Shown here: piece by piece, positions 35,751-49,500 of the stretch | How positions within the stretch are numbered: position 1 is the first letter of the stretch | Layout of the letters: every line of letters begins with the position of its first letter | Assembly: GCF_018977255.1 (NCBI RefSeq) | Contig: NW_024704743.1 | Location: forward strand, 45,882,001 to 45,946,000 | Reading direction: 5' to 3' | Length of the DNA: 64,000 nt | From: Callorhinchus milii | Lineage: Eukaryota | The notes under the pieces: generated by a model | The model's database searches: none | What the model saw: only the letters and a program-made list of their open reading frames with translations | What the model was told of the DNA's origin: nothing | Translations under genes and position numbers: made by a program

Positions 35751-36924
35751 AATTAAATTACTGAATATCCTTCAAAAATAATACAAACTCCCCAGAATAG
35801 AAATAAAAAGTTCCTCAAACCGTTTTTCTAAATAACTTATAAGGAAAATTTGGACCTTAACAACAGTATTTGGGAATAGTCTTGACATACGCATGTTGGG
35901 CATACCAGTCTCAGAACATAGTGTGTTGCTGCTGTCAGATTCTGCATCGTAATAAACATGGTCTTAATATTAATGTTCAACCATCCATGTTCTGTTCAAA
36001 ATGAAATTTTGCCAACATGGTCTCTGAAGGAAATTGACCAGAATATAATTCAAATATAATTCAAAGTTCCTGGTGGTTTAAAAAAATATCAAAAATAAAT
36101 TGATAAAGAAAGTGGACCACATGGNAAAAAAAGCCTCAATATGCACAAAAATAAGTTCTGGCTGCCCACTTCCTAACAACTGCACAACGGGCCATCACTA
36201 ACACATGAGAGTAACTATATTGTGGGTAGCCTCAAGGCTCATGAAACCCACAATTTTTCATGACCCTATGATATCCTGATGTATATTTCACAAAAGTATT
36301 TATTTCTGGAAATATTTTCACAAGAGACCACAACCCAAGTTGTCAGGATAATCATTTATCTTGCTAGTTATATTGGGATTACATTCCTTTTCATTACATT
36401 TCTGTGCAGATTTTTTGTTTTAAAATATGTATGTTTTGCTTTTGTGCTTATCAAAATCGAGGACTGCTAGTGCACTCTGAAGGCAAGTAAAATATAAATA
36501 ATGGTATGATACTCTTCAGAATGTCTGGTCATCATGGTCAAAAGAAATACAAAGGTCACAATACAGAGCTACTATTTCTGAGGCCAAGATAACTGCACTA
36601 TCTCCACTAAGACTGATGCAAAGTAATAATCTGGTATTGCAGTCATCCAAGGTCAATTCTGCTAAACAAAATAACACATCAAGGAAATGCATAGCCCTAG
36701 AATTGGATGCAAATCATGACATTGAAATGCATGGGTGGGGATGCTGTTTCTTTCCCCACTGGTATAGTAATATTATTAATAATCTTTACATTTGACATGC
36801 CACTTTTCACATTACGAGGATATCTCAAAGCGCTTCACCAGGTATTCTGTAAAGTGTGTTTTGTGGGCGATAGCGGCAGCCAATTTGCTCACAGTAATGT
36901 CCCACAAACAGCCACCAAGTGAAT

Positions 36925-37905
36925 GATAACAACAACTTGCATTTATGTAGTGATCTTCATATGGTGTAGCATCTCGGAGCACTTAACAGTGGTGAAGCTT
37001 GGTGCTGAGCCAGTGAGAAAGGGGAGGTGAACTTAGGCACCGTCGAAGAGGAAGGTCTTCAGGTGTGATCTGAAGATGGACAAGGAGGGGGCAAGGCAGA
37101 AGCATTGAAGTAGAGAGTTCCAGAGTCTCATGACTTAGTGGCTGAAAGCATGGTTGTTGATGGTGGAGTGGAGGAGACGAGGGAAGTACAGGTGGCTGGA
37201 ACCAGCTGAACGAAGAAGACAGCTAGAGGAGTGGGATATAAGCAGATTGCAGAGATAGGGGGCTCCAGCGCATGAAATGATTTATATTCAGTGTGATATC
37301 TTGAAATCATTCTGCTCTGCAATAGGCAGCCAGTGGAGCCTGGTAAGTATTTGGATGATGGAAGTACAGAGTCTAATATGAATGAGGATATGAGTGGCAG
37401 TGTTTTTAATTAATTCCATTTTATGAATGGTGGAGCTGGGGAGACAGATGAAGAGAGCAGTAGAGAAATCAAGGTGGGAGGTAATGAACATGGATAAGGG
37501 TTTCAGCTACTTTCTTCTGAAGGATGGTTGGAGGTGGGCGATGTGGTAAAGCAAATTGGTACTGGTCAGGATCTGGATGTTGGGTAGGAAGGACAGCTGG
37601 GCATCGAAGCTGATGCTCTGGTATTGCACAGATTCAGTAAGTCTGAGGGATGGGCCAGGGAGGTTAAGAAGGTCAGAGCCACAGGTGAGTAGATGTTCAC
37701 GCGAACCAAGGAGTATGGCTTCTGTTTTATCAACATTTGGCTGCAGAAGGTTGGCGTCAATCAGGCCTTGATGTCTGGCGAGCAAGTAGTCAAAACATCA
37801 GGGGATCTGGGGTCATGGCTGGAGGATGAAAAGTAGATTTGGCTGTCATCCACGTATATATGGAAGTTGATCACATGTCTGCGGATGACATTAATGAGAG
37901 GAAGC
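36925..37905 (-). mobile_element. Old degraded L2 fragment
   Basis: Minus-strand pieces INFHIYVDDSQIY, KTEAILLGSR and FITSHLDFS...LHWLP; L2 tail (caacaacttgcattt) near 36930. Confidence 0.8.
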
Positions 37906-40737
37906 ATGACCAATTTTATTTCGGTGATTGTTGGCCAGAACGCTGGAAGTAACTCTTGTCTCTTTTCCCTCCTGATCCCAACCCCCAGCTCGGGTCCAAA
38001 TCCCTGACTGTCCAGCGCCTTGGGACGTCCTCCCGACATGAAAGACGCAATACAAATATAATTTGTTGTTGTTGTTTGTTGTTTTTGAATAGTGCCATGG
38101 GATATTTAACATATATATAATACACATATATGTATCACAGCATATCACAATTAGATATTCTAATATATATTATACAGTATACAAAATTGTTCATTCAGCC
38201 TTAACTCTGAAGTCAACTTGCAGAACAATAGCTTCAAATTTAAGGCCATATTCAAAATGCTTTATAAATAGAAAAATAGACCCTGGTGGATTTTCTCCAT
38301 ATATAGCCAGTAAACCATGAAAAAGCACCCTTCGCTTCTTGAATAGTGCCGTAGGATCTTTAACATTCACCTGAATAGACAGGAGAGACTCCAGTTTAAA
38401 ATTTCATCAAAAGATGGCACCTCTGACAATGACATAGCAAGTAATGTCTGTGCAAATCCAGTGTTCTATAAGTCTTATCATTACCTCTGCACAATCTACT
38501 CAGTGTAAGTGTGGCATTTAATATTCTTCATATATGGCTAGTAATTTATTGTAACAAAAAGATTAGGTACATGGTAAAAGCTTCCTTTACACCAACAATA
38601 TTTCTTAGCACCATCTTAATACCAAATCCCTGCTGCACAAATGTGACATTTTCTATTTTTCATGCCAGATATGCCTTTGTGGTGATTTTGCCAATTTGTG
38701 TCAGTTAGAGTTTAATCATGGACGATTTTGTGCCCTGGACTCACACTAATTGGGAATTATGATGAAACTGTCCTCAAATCATTTCACATGGGACAGACCA
38801 TTGCAGCTGGCTGAAAAACGAAATTCAAAGAAACAAATATACTAAAATAAAAACTACAACGACCGGTAATTTGAAATTAAGGTATTGTCCAGATGTGAGA
38901 CTGGCTCAGTTGGTAGCACCTCTGAGAAAGAAGGTTGTGGGTTCCAACCCGCATCGGGACTTTGAACTGATTTAGTCTAGGGTGACTCTCCAATAACAGA
39001 TGCTTTTGGAAGCACTTCAGGTGATATGTTAAGTCAAGGTCCCGCTTGGATGTTCAGGTAGGCATTTATGATCCCTTGGCACCATTCAAAAAGAGAAGGG
39101 AGTTTCTTTTTCTATTATGGCCAACAGTCCCTAAATAACAAATGAGTTATTCACTTAATTTACTGCTGTATTGACCCACAAATACGAAGTCACTACTGTT
39201 CACAGTACTGTAAATCATGTGAAGCAGTTTGAGACATCCTCCCAATTTGAAAGACGCTTTATCAACTGCAAAGATTATTATTATAAAATAAAACAGAAAT
39301 ATAGAAATTCATAGCAGATTAATCAGTATCTGAAAAAGTAGGTTAACCTTTCAGACATGGCTCTCTATCAAGAGTAGTAGAATAAGATCTGTCAATAGGA
39401 TTAGATTCCTAAAGGTGAGAGTATAGAGGACAACATTCTCTCCAATTAATTAGAATAGAGGGAGGGGCAGTGGAGAATAAAACAGATATTAACACATAAT
39501 GGTATCCAATCCCTGAATAGATATTTCGATTTAAAAAACAGTATTTTGCTGGACAGTGACATTTGCTATATCTGTATTTCAATGTAGACTGGCAATAACA
39601 GCCTTGATAATTTTGTGGACAATTCTTATGGTTTGCCGAATTGCATTGTTTGTTATACATGCTTCAGACACCATTGTTGGAGGTGTTGTCATTCGGATGC
39701 CCTCAAATTTGTATCTTATTTGCTTGTTTAGGCATGTGAACATTATGACTTTGAAAAGAGAGCAATGACTTTGAAAAGAGAGAACTGTTTGTAGGACATT
39801 GCTGCCCACAAATTGACAGCTATTTGCCTACAAATACACAGGTATTACACTTTACAGAAAGCTCTGTGAAACACTTTCAGTTATTTTGACATAATAAGGA
39901 GCAATAGCAAGCACAAGGATTATTGTAGGAACTATATGGGGATATTTAGTGTAATAACTAGACAAAGGAGCTATGACATTGTTGAAGTAAACAATTTTCA
40001 CATTTTTCTATGCAGATCCACTATCTGAAGCCACTTGAACTGATAAGTTTTATTGTTAAAGATATTAAATCTTACAAGCACACAGTCTTTATTGGTACAC
40101 TAGTGATATCTTAATGATCCAACATACATACAGAAGTCCATTTCATGATGAAATGTATTGGTTTTCATAGGAGAGATTCCCCAACAACAACAAAATGTCC
40201 CAAGGAGCTGGAAGGACAACCCAAGGTGTTTCATAGGATATACTGTCCAGTGAATTTTTAAATGCTAAGGTGCACACTTTTCAATCAACATGCATTGCTC
40301 AACTTTCCTTCCTTGTTAAAATAGTTTGTCAGTTAATCCAAATAAACTTAGTTCTGCAAGGAACAGGAAGTCACATGTGCCAGTTTGTAGATAGATTGCT
40401 GGCTTTTTTAAAAAAACTGACATAGTGTCTGAAGGATGTATCCACCCCATGAATATTAAACATATCCCTGCTTTACCCAAGGATGATAAGTGTGATCAGA
40501 GGATGATGTGGATCTTGTAAAGGTTGTTATCTTGCTGCTGTCACATTCACATCTGATCAATGATTCCTATTGATTCCTATGAAAATATCAAATGAATTAA
40601 AGATGCATTCAGCCTGTATATACAAAGATTTACATTTATATAACACTTTCCAGAATGGAAGGACATCTCAAAGCACTTCGCAAAGATGACTGAGAGTTCT
40701 AGCTTGGGGGTGGGAGGGTGGGAGTTAGAAGGAAAGC

Positions 40738-41120
40738 TCCACTGACTCTCCACCCCCAGCAGATTGAAGATCCTCATCCTTGCATTCAAATCCCTCTTTG
40801 GCCTCACACCACCCTACCTCTATGACCTCTTGCAAGCCTACTACCCTGCGCTCCCTCCGCTCAGCAAACACAGGCCTGCTTCATGTTCCCAGTCTGACCC
40901 ACCCCACTCACTGTCAGTGGGCGAGCTTTCGGCCACTCTGCCTCTGTTTTCTGGAACTCCATCCCAGAATCCTTCTACCATGCCCGCTCCCTCCCCACAT
41001 TTAAAGCCATCCTTAAGACCAGACGTTCAGTCATTTTCCTTTTCACCCCTCCGACTCAGGTACCCAGCCAGCTGAGTGAAGCTCCTTAAGACGTCCTCCC
41101 AACATGAAAGGCCCTATATG
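40738..41120 (+). mobile_element. Old L2 3' fragment
   Basis: CTCCACTGACTC...KILILAFKSLFGLTPPYL, followed by a degenerate L2 tail. Confidence 0.75.
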
Positions 41121-41501
41121 AATATTACATAGTTACGTGGAGTACAAACAGTACAGAAAAAGCCCACTCGGCCCAACTAGTCTACGTTTATAATCCATGC
41201 AAAAGTCTGCCCCTCTAATCCCTTCTCCTTCATGTACGCATCAAGGTTTCTCTTAAATAAAATAGTAAATTCTATTGTAATATTCAGTATCCTATTTACT
41301 GTGTATCTGTTTACTGGGTCTCTGAATTAAATAATTATCCTACAAGTGGCTTCCATACTGTAATCTCATCAACGGATTCATCATGCAAATATAATAATCA
41401 TTGCATCTGATATAATGCCTATAAAATTTAAATATCTTATAAGCACTTAATAAATAACAGGTAATTTATTGTCAAGTGCAGTGACTGTTTTCTTTAGTAC
41501 A

Positions 41502-41834
41502 TGTCTCTCTCTATCTCTCTGTGTGCTGTATCGCTCTGTGATGCATATCTCTGTGCTGTACCTCTCCCTCTGTGCAGGATCTCCCTCTCTCTCTCTCTGG
41601 CTGTGTCTCTCTCTGTCTGTGTGCTGTATCTCTCCCCCTCTCTCTCTGGCTGTGTCTCTCTCTGTCTGTGTGCTGTATCTCTCTCTGTGCCGTATCTCTC
41701 TCTCTCTATCTCTCTCTGTGCTGTATCCCTCTCGCTCTCTGTATCTTTCTCTCTGTATTTGTCTCTGTGCTGTATGTCTCTCTTTGTGCTCTATCTCTCT
41801 CTGTATCTCACTCTGTGCTGTATCTCTCTCCCTC
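41502..41834. repeat. CT-rich degenerate minisatellite ((CT)n TGTGCTGTAT)
   Basis: Directly visible. Confidence 0.9.
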
Positions 41835-42568
41835 TGTCAGGCTGTGTGTATGTGTGTGTGTGTGTCAGACTGTGTGTGTGTGTGTGTGTGTGTGTCAGGC
41901 TGTGTGTGTGTGTATGTGTGTGTGTCAGGCTGTGTGTGTGTGTGTGTGTGTAAGGCTGTGTGTGTATGTGTCAGGCTGTGTGTGTGTGTCAGGCTGTGTG
42001 TGTGCGTGTGTGTGAGGCTGTGTGTGCGTGTCAGGTTGTGTGTATGTGTGTGTGTGCATGTGTGTCAGCATATGTGGCTGTGTGTGTCAGGCTGTGTGTG
42101 TGTGAGGCTGTATGTGTGTCAGGCTGTGTGTATGTGTGTGTGTATGTGTGTGAGGCTGTGTGTGTGTGAGGCTGTGTGTGTGTGTCAGGCTGTGTGTGTG
42201 TGTGTGTGTCAGGCTGTGTGTGTGTGTGTGTGTGTCAGACTGTGTGTGTGTGTCTGTCAGGCTGTGTGTGTGTGTGTGTGTGTGTGTGTGTCAGGCTGTG
42301 TGTGTGTGTCAGACTGTGTGTGTGTGTCTGTCAGGCTGTGTGTGTATGTATGTGTGTCAGGCTGTGTGTGTGCGTGTGTGTGTCAGGCTGTGTGTGTGTG
42401 TGTGTGTGTGTCAGGCTGTGTGTGTGTGTGCGTGTGTGTGTGTCAGGCTGTGTATGTGTGTGCGTGTGCGTCAGGCTGTTTGTGTGTCAGGCTGTGAGTG
42501 TGTGTGTCTGTGTAAGGCTGTGTGTGTGCGCGTATATGTCAGGCCGTGCATGTGTGTCAGACTTTGTG

Positions 42569-42606
<38 letters not shown>

Positions 42607-42615
42607 AATATCCGG

Positions 42616-42648
<33 letters not shown>

Positions 42649-44387
42649 AGGCTCTGTGTGTGTGTGTGTGTGTGTGTGCCCGGCTGTGTGTGTGTGTGTG
42701 TGTGTGTGTGTGTCAGGCCGTGTGTGTGTGTGTGACAGGCTGTGTGTGTGTGCGCGTGTCAGTCTGCGTATGTGTGTGTGTGCATGTGTGTCTGCCTGTG
42801 TGGGTGTGTGTGTCAGGCTGTGTGTCTGTGAATGTGTGTGTGTGTGTGTCAGGCTGTGTGTGTGTCAGGCTGTGTGTGTGTGTGTGTGTGTGTGTGTGTC
42901 AGGCTGTCTGTGTGTCTATCAGACTCTGTGTGTGTGTGTGTGTGTATGTGTGTGTGTGTGTCAGGCTGTGTGTATGTGTGTGTGTGTCAGCCTGTGTTTG
43001 TATGTCAGGCAGTGTGTGTGTGGGGGTCAGGCTGTGTATGTGTGTGTGATCGTCAGGCTGTGTGTGTGTGCGTGTGTGTCAGGCTGTGCGTGTGTGTCAA
43101 ACTGTGTGTGTGTGTGTCAGGCTGTGCGTGTGTGTGTGTCAGGACGTGTGTGTGTGTGTCAGGCTGTGTGTATGTGTGTGTGTGTGTGTGTGTGCCAGGC
43201 TGTGTGTGTGTGTCAGGCTGTGTGTGTGTGTGTGTGTGTGTAAGGCTGTGTGTGTGTGTGTATGTGTGTGTGTCAGGCTGTGTGTGTTTGTGTGTGTATG
43301 TATCAGGCTGTGTGTGTGTGTCAGGCTGTGTGTGTGTGTGTGTGTGTGTGTGTAAGGCTGTGTGTGTATGTGTGTGTGTCAGGCTACGTGTGTGCGTGTC
43401 AGGTTGTGTGTCAGGCTGTGTGTGTGTGTGTATGTCAGGCTGTGTGAGCGTGAGAGTCAGGCTGTGTGTGTGTGTGTGTGTCAGGCTGTGTGTGTGTATG
43501 TCAGGCTGTGTGTGTGTGTGTGTGTCAGGCTGTGTGTGTGTGTGTGTCAGGCTGTGTGTGTGTGTCAGGCTGTGTGTGTGTGTGTGTGTCAGGCTGTGTG
43601 TGTGTGTGTGTCAGGCTGTGTGTGTGTGTGTGTCAGGCTGTGTGTGTGTGTGTGTCAGGCTGTGTGTGCGCGTGTCAGGCTGTGTGTGTGGTGTGTGTGT
43701 GTGTTTGTGTGTGTCAGGCTGTGTGTGTGTGTGTGTCAGGCTGTGTGTGTGGGTCAGGCTGTGTGTTTGTGTGTGTGTGTGTCAGGCTGTGTGTGTGTGT
43801 GTGTGTGTGTGTGTCAGGCTGTGTGTGTGTGTGTGTCAGGCTGTGTGTGTGGGTCAGGCTGTGTGTGTGTGTGTATGTCAGGCTGTGTGTGTGGGTCAGG
43901 CTGTGTGTGTGTGTGTGTGTGTGTCAGGCTGTGTGTGTGGGTCAGGCTGTGTGTGTGTCTGTCGGGCTGTTTGTGTGTGTGTGTGTGTGTGTGTGAGTGT
44001 CAGGCTCTGTGGGTGTGTGTATGCCCAGCTGTATGTGTGCGCGTGTGTCAGGCTGTGTGTGTGTCAGGCTGTGTGTATGTGTCAGACTGTGTGTGTGTGT
44101 GTGTGTGTGTGTCAGGCTGTGTGTGTGTGTGTGTGCGTGTGTGTGTGTGTGAGGCTGTGTGTGTTGTGCGTGTTAGGCTGTGTGTGTGTGCATGTGTGTG
44201 ATTGTCAGGCTGTGTGTGTGTCAGGCTCTGTGTGTGTGTGTGCGTGTCAGGCCGTGTGTGTGTGTGTGTGTAGGGCTGTGTGTGTTTGCGTGTGTGACAG
44301 GCTGTGTGTGTGTGTGTCAGGCTGTGTGTGTGTTTGTGTGTGTGTCTGTCAGGCTGTGTGTGTGTATGTCAGGCTGTGTGTATGTGT
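41835..44387. repeat. Compound satellite: TCAGGCTG spacers separated by variable (TG)n
   Basis: Directly visible; source of the spurious Cys/Val ORFs. Confidence 0.97.
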
Positions 44388-44412
44388 NNNNNNNNNNNNN
44401 NNNNNNNNNNNN
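44388..44412. other. Assembly gap (25 N)
   Basis: Run of n. Confidence 1.
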
Positions 44413-44823
44413 ACACATACACACAGCCTGACATACACACACACAGCCTGACAGACACACACACAAACACACACACAGCCTGACACACACACACAACAGC
44501 CTGTCACACACGCAAACACACACAGCCTGACACACACACACACACACAGCCTGACACACACACACACACACAGAGACTGACACACACACAGCCTGACAAT
44601 CACACACATGCACACACACACAGCCTAACACGCACACACACCACAGCCTCACACACACACACACGCACACACACACACACACAGCCTGACACACACACAC
44701 ACACACACACACAGTCTGACACATACACACAGCCTGACACACACACAGCCTGACACACGCGCACACATACAGCTGGGCATACACACACCCACAGAGCCTG
44801 ACACTCACACACACACACACACA
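44413..44823 (-). repeat. Inverted copy of the last ~410 bp of the TG satellite
   Basis: Reverse complement of about 43975-44387, including unique variants such as GGCTCTGTGGGTGTGTGTATGCCCAGCTGTATG. Confidence 0.92.
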
Positions 44824-44876
44824 CCTGCCCTCTCCCCACCATCACCCTCTCTGCCCTCTCCCCACCATCACCCTCT

Positions 44877-44912
<36 letters not shown>

Positions 44913-45905
44913 TCTGCCCCCCCACCATCACCCTCTCTGCTCCCCCCCCACCATCACCCTCTCTGCCCTCTCCCCACCACCCTCTCTGCCCTCTCCCCAC
45001 CATCACCCTCTCTGCCCTCTCCCCCCCCCCCCCCCCCCCCCCACCATCACCCTCTCTGCCCCCCCCCCCCCCCCCCCACCACCCTCTCTGCCCTCTCCCC
45101 CCACCATCACCCTCTCTGCCCTCTCCCCACCATCACCCTCTCTGCCCTCTCCCCCACCACCACCCTCTCTGCCCTCTCCCCCACCATCACCCTCTCTGCC
45201 CTCTCCCCACCATCACCCTCTCTGCCCCCCCACCACCACCCTCTCTGCCCCCCCACCATCACCCTCTCTGCCCTCCCCCCACCACCCTCTCTGCCCCCCC
45301 ACCATCACCCTCTCTGCCCTCTCCCCCACCATCACCCTCTCTGCCCCCCACCATCACCCTCTCTGCCCTCTCCCCCACCATCACCCTCTCTGCCCTCTCC
45401 CCACCATCACCCTCTCTGCCCTCTCCCCCACCATCACCCTCTCTGCCCTCTCCCCCACCACCACCATCACCCTCTCTGCCCTCTTCCCCCACCACCACCC
45501 TCTCTGCTTCCCACCATCACCCTCTCTGCCCTCTCCTCCCCACCACCACCCTCTCTGCCCTCTCCCCCCCACCATCACCCTCTCTGCCCCCCACCATCAC
45601 CCTCTCTGCCCTCTCCCCCACCATCACCCTCTCTGCCCTCTCCCCCACCACCACCCTCTCTGCTCCCCCCCCACCATCACCCTCTCTGCCCTCTCCCCAC
45701 CATCACCCTTTCTGCCCTCTCCCCACCATCACCCTCTCTGCCCTCTCCCCACCATCACCCTCTCTGCCCTCTCCCCCACCATCACCCTCTCTGCTCCCCA
45801 CCACCATCACCCTCTCTCCCCCCACCACCATCACCCTCTCTGCCCCCCCCCACCATCACACCCTCTGCCCTCTCCCATCATCACCCTCTCAGCCCCCCCA
45901 CAACC
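44824..45905 (+). repeat. C-rich minisatellite (CCACCATCACCCTCTCTGCCCTCTCC, about 26-27 bp) ending in an L2-type 3' tail (45905-45992)
   Basis: Directly visible; followed by CTGCTCAGGTCCAAATCCCTGACTGTCCAGCGTCTTGGGACGTCCTCCCACATGAAAGGC...TTGTTGTTG. Confidence 0.92.
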
Positions 45906-46443
45906 CTCTGCTCAGGTCCAAATCCCTGACTGTCCAGCGTCTTGGGACGTCCTCCCACATGAAAGGCATTTTACAAATGTAATTTGTTGTTGCCCCTCAC
46001 CCCAGCCCAGGGGCTAGAGGGAGAATCGGTGGGCATGAGCCGGGGTAAATTCGTGCTAGGGAGATGTTTGGAGGAGTATCTCCTCTCTGAGGGTATGTCA
46101 GTGTTTGACATTCGTTATATTATAATAGTATTCCTTGCATTTGATATTGCATCTTATCACGTCAAAAGGACTTCTTGAAGCGCTTCACACGTTATATTGT
46201 AGAGTCACTGTATTTTGTGTGAGAAATATTTGTTACAAGAGGCTGTTCATTTTGCCTCATTAGAATATAATAATAATCCTTACATTTGTTATAGAGCCTT
46301 TCACGGTTCAGGGATGTCTCAAAGTGCTTCACAGAATTTATTTCCAAGTGTAAGTAACTGTCTATGTTGGCAAGTGCAGCAGCAGCCAGCAGCCATGGCC
46401 CACAAGAGCCATGAAGTGAGTCACCAATTTTGTTTGTCTAGGA

Positions 46444-46505
46444 CAGGGTGATCCAACTGGCGGCCCGTGGGCTGGGTCCAGTCTGGACGATGATTTCATC
46501 CAACC
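46444..46505. mobile_element. hAT-like left terminus inside an old Deu-SINE
   Basis: CAGGGTGATCCAACTGGCGGCCCGTGGGC preceded by GTCTAGGA; no right TIR found. Confidence 0.45.
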
Positions 46506-49500
46506 CTTCCGCTCCCTCCCTTCCTCTGCAGTGAAAGCACAACCTTCTGACTCCAGTGCGAGAGTTACCAGCAGATAGGCTGACAGCATTGGTTCAACAG
46601 TGAACTAGATAAGCACATGAGTAGTCAAAACCTTCAGGGATATGGGGAGAGAGCTGGAAAGTGGGATTAATAATAGTAATAAAACGGGGGTTAGAAGAAC
46701 AGCTAGTAGTGGTATAGACATAGTAGGCATGGAACTTTCCTTGATGTTTGAGATCAAATGTAGAGTCTGGAGAGAGTGTCTGGCAAGCTTCCCATTGCAT
46801 GTCCAGTTTGGATCACCTGGGCCTGGTAGGACTTTGGCTCACAGGGTTAGCAGAAGCCTAATGAGAAGAATCTCTGGCCACTGCATCTCCAGGTGCCCCC
46901 CAGTGAATCAGACTGGCAGGGCTTTGGAGTATTGGCTCAGCAACCAGACTACCATCGAGGGTCGATTTGATTTTGACATTCCATTGCCAAGCACGTCACC
47001 TTGGAGCTAACCCAGCCCGAGGAGGAGAGTCATTTGATATCTGACAAGTTCAGGTTTGAGTCCTCACCAAGTGGGTTATGGGCACCAGGAACTCCCTACA
47101 AGCACCTTGGTGAGCAGTACAGTTCAGCATGAAATGTGTGACAGCATTGCCACCATCCTCCTACACACACACATGTCCTACATACACATTAAATGATGGT
47201 TCTACTGGTGGAAATGCAGAGTTTGAGCAGCAGCTGCTTCCTCTCTGCATACCAATCAAGGTGGATACCAAGCCCTGGATATATGACCATATGTTCATGA
47301 ACCCGGACTACAGATAATGCTTTCCAGCAGCTGTTGTCCCTAGGAGTGATAAAGTGGAGTTGTACATGCTAAACTTGTTGAATATTCAAAGCTGAATTAT
47401 TTTCCATTCAAATTATTGTGCTCGTAAAAAGTCAAGTGTTAAATATATGTTTTAACAGAGCTGTCAAAGTTAGGGAAATGCTGGCAATAATATTGATGAT
47501 CAGCCAGAGTGACATGCACAGCAAGACCATTAAAACATATGAAGTTATGTCTGTTTACAAAGCTACATACTGTAGATGAGTACAAGTCATTTTAACATCA
47601 AAATGAGTGATTGTCATTCTGAATGAGTGACAGATCTGTTTACATATGCCAATTAGCCAGTAGGCAGATACACTGAATGAAACATTTCCGAGTGATATCA
47701 GTCACTGCAATAATCTCGAGCCTCTCACTACCAATATCTTTTAAGTTTGCTGTTCTGTTTATAACATCTGTCTGAAGGTCTGGAGGCACTTACAAGACAA
47801 ATACATTGACATTTTAGTTTTAAATCTTTTATTGATGTTGCAAGATATTGGTGCTCCAACATGATGGATCATCAAATATCAGGTTTTAGCTTTTGCACTC
47901 TACATGAAGAAACAAATGGAGGATCAATCAGCTTTTGGATGATTCCTAGTATAAAGTGTTACGGAGAAACCTATAAAGAAGGAGCTAGGGGGAAATCCCG
48001 GAGGTGCTGAATTTTTAAATTGCTGATTATACTGCACAGCTACAGGACAGATGCTTGTTCATTTAACCAATTACGTACATTTGCTGATCGACTCTCTTCT
48101 GGCTTGGAGACCTGAAACAGCAGCGTTCTAGTGCATTGACAGTGATGGTTGAAATTCTTTGAAGTTGGGCTGGCTCCAAGGTGATATCAACAGAACGTCG
48201 GAATCATATCAACCCACTGTGGCAGTTTTGGTTGTCTGTTTTCTGAGATTCTGAGATAGGATGGTCTGCAGTACTGTAAGGCACTGCTAACGACAGCCAA
48301 CCTGGCTCGTTGGCTGGGATTCTTCCCTCTCACCTCCTGTTAACCCTACAGGCTAAAGCCTTAAGGGTGGTCTTTGTTGGACAAGCAGCAGAAAATTTGT
48401 CAGTCTTTGTTTTCAATAGCAAGCTACACAGTATTAGCTGGTTAAATTCCAGGAGTACCCCAACACACACTGGGGCCTCCAGGCCTTGGCTCTCATCAAT
48501 TCCACTTAATATTCCGTGGAATTAGGCAAGCAGGGTGTATCCCTCCCTCCGGAGAGAGTAGACATATTCTGTGGTACACAGGGAAATTTTGATGCATAGT
48601 GTTATACATATGTGGTTCATCCACAAAATATACAGTCAATTCACTTTACAGTATATTCTGTAAAGACCTTTGAGGCATCTCGAAGATGCGACAAGGCGAT
48701 ATATGAAATGCAAGGATTATTATTATTACTTGTGTGTAAATTAAGTAGACTGGATCTTGCTTCTTGATTTTTTATCCGGTTTAGATCCTTTTAAACGTAG
48801 TGATGTGTTTCTGCAAGTCAGTCCCCTGGTGTCCAAAACAAACTGCAACTGCTGCTTACCTGTCAGAACTTACAAAATGATTCACAATTTGCATCTTCCA
48901 ACCCCTCTCCCTTTTTGTCTGTAGCAAAATTACTTTATACTGAGCCTATCTCCCTGTATCAGGTACTCCTTTTACTTTGATTAAATTCAAGAAATCCAAA
49001 TGCCAACTTTATCCATGCCATGACAAATGTTATTACGGTATGTTTCTTACCTGTACGTATGTTGAAAAAGGAATTAAAAAATGCATTGAATAAAGGATAG
49101 TCGATAACCTTCATTAAGTTAGACAATAATCTAGTTGATTTCTGATGATGTTCTGATGATGTAAATTCCATGAGCAAAGGCTGAGCAATTTAAAGCTCAT
49201 TGTCTGAACCCTGCGGTAGCCTTACAGGCTTCCCTAATATCTAGTGTCATGTCTGTTGTCATAAATAATTATATGTTGGATTAATTTATTTTTATGTCAC
49301 TGCAATTCATATCCTTGTGTGTGTTGACATTTAACTTAACTACTGAAAAGTTTGCAGAGAATAAACAGAAGATGATTATTGGAATATAATATGTGTGGTT
49401 ATACCTCAGTTTTGTTTACTTTGGTCCATTGAGAGACCAGCATTAGAAAAAAAGTGAACAATATAAAGACCAGGCTCAAAGGTAAGGCTGCAGAAACAGT

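Noticed and set aside
41469..44845. Long Cys/Val-rich ORFs (up to 539 aa)
   Set aside because: Translations of (TG)n/TCAGGCTG satellite that lacks stop codons; open in several frames and crossing the N gap.
45259..45578. Gly/Glu/Arg-rich minus-strand ORFs
   Set aside because: Translations of the C-rich minisatellite.
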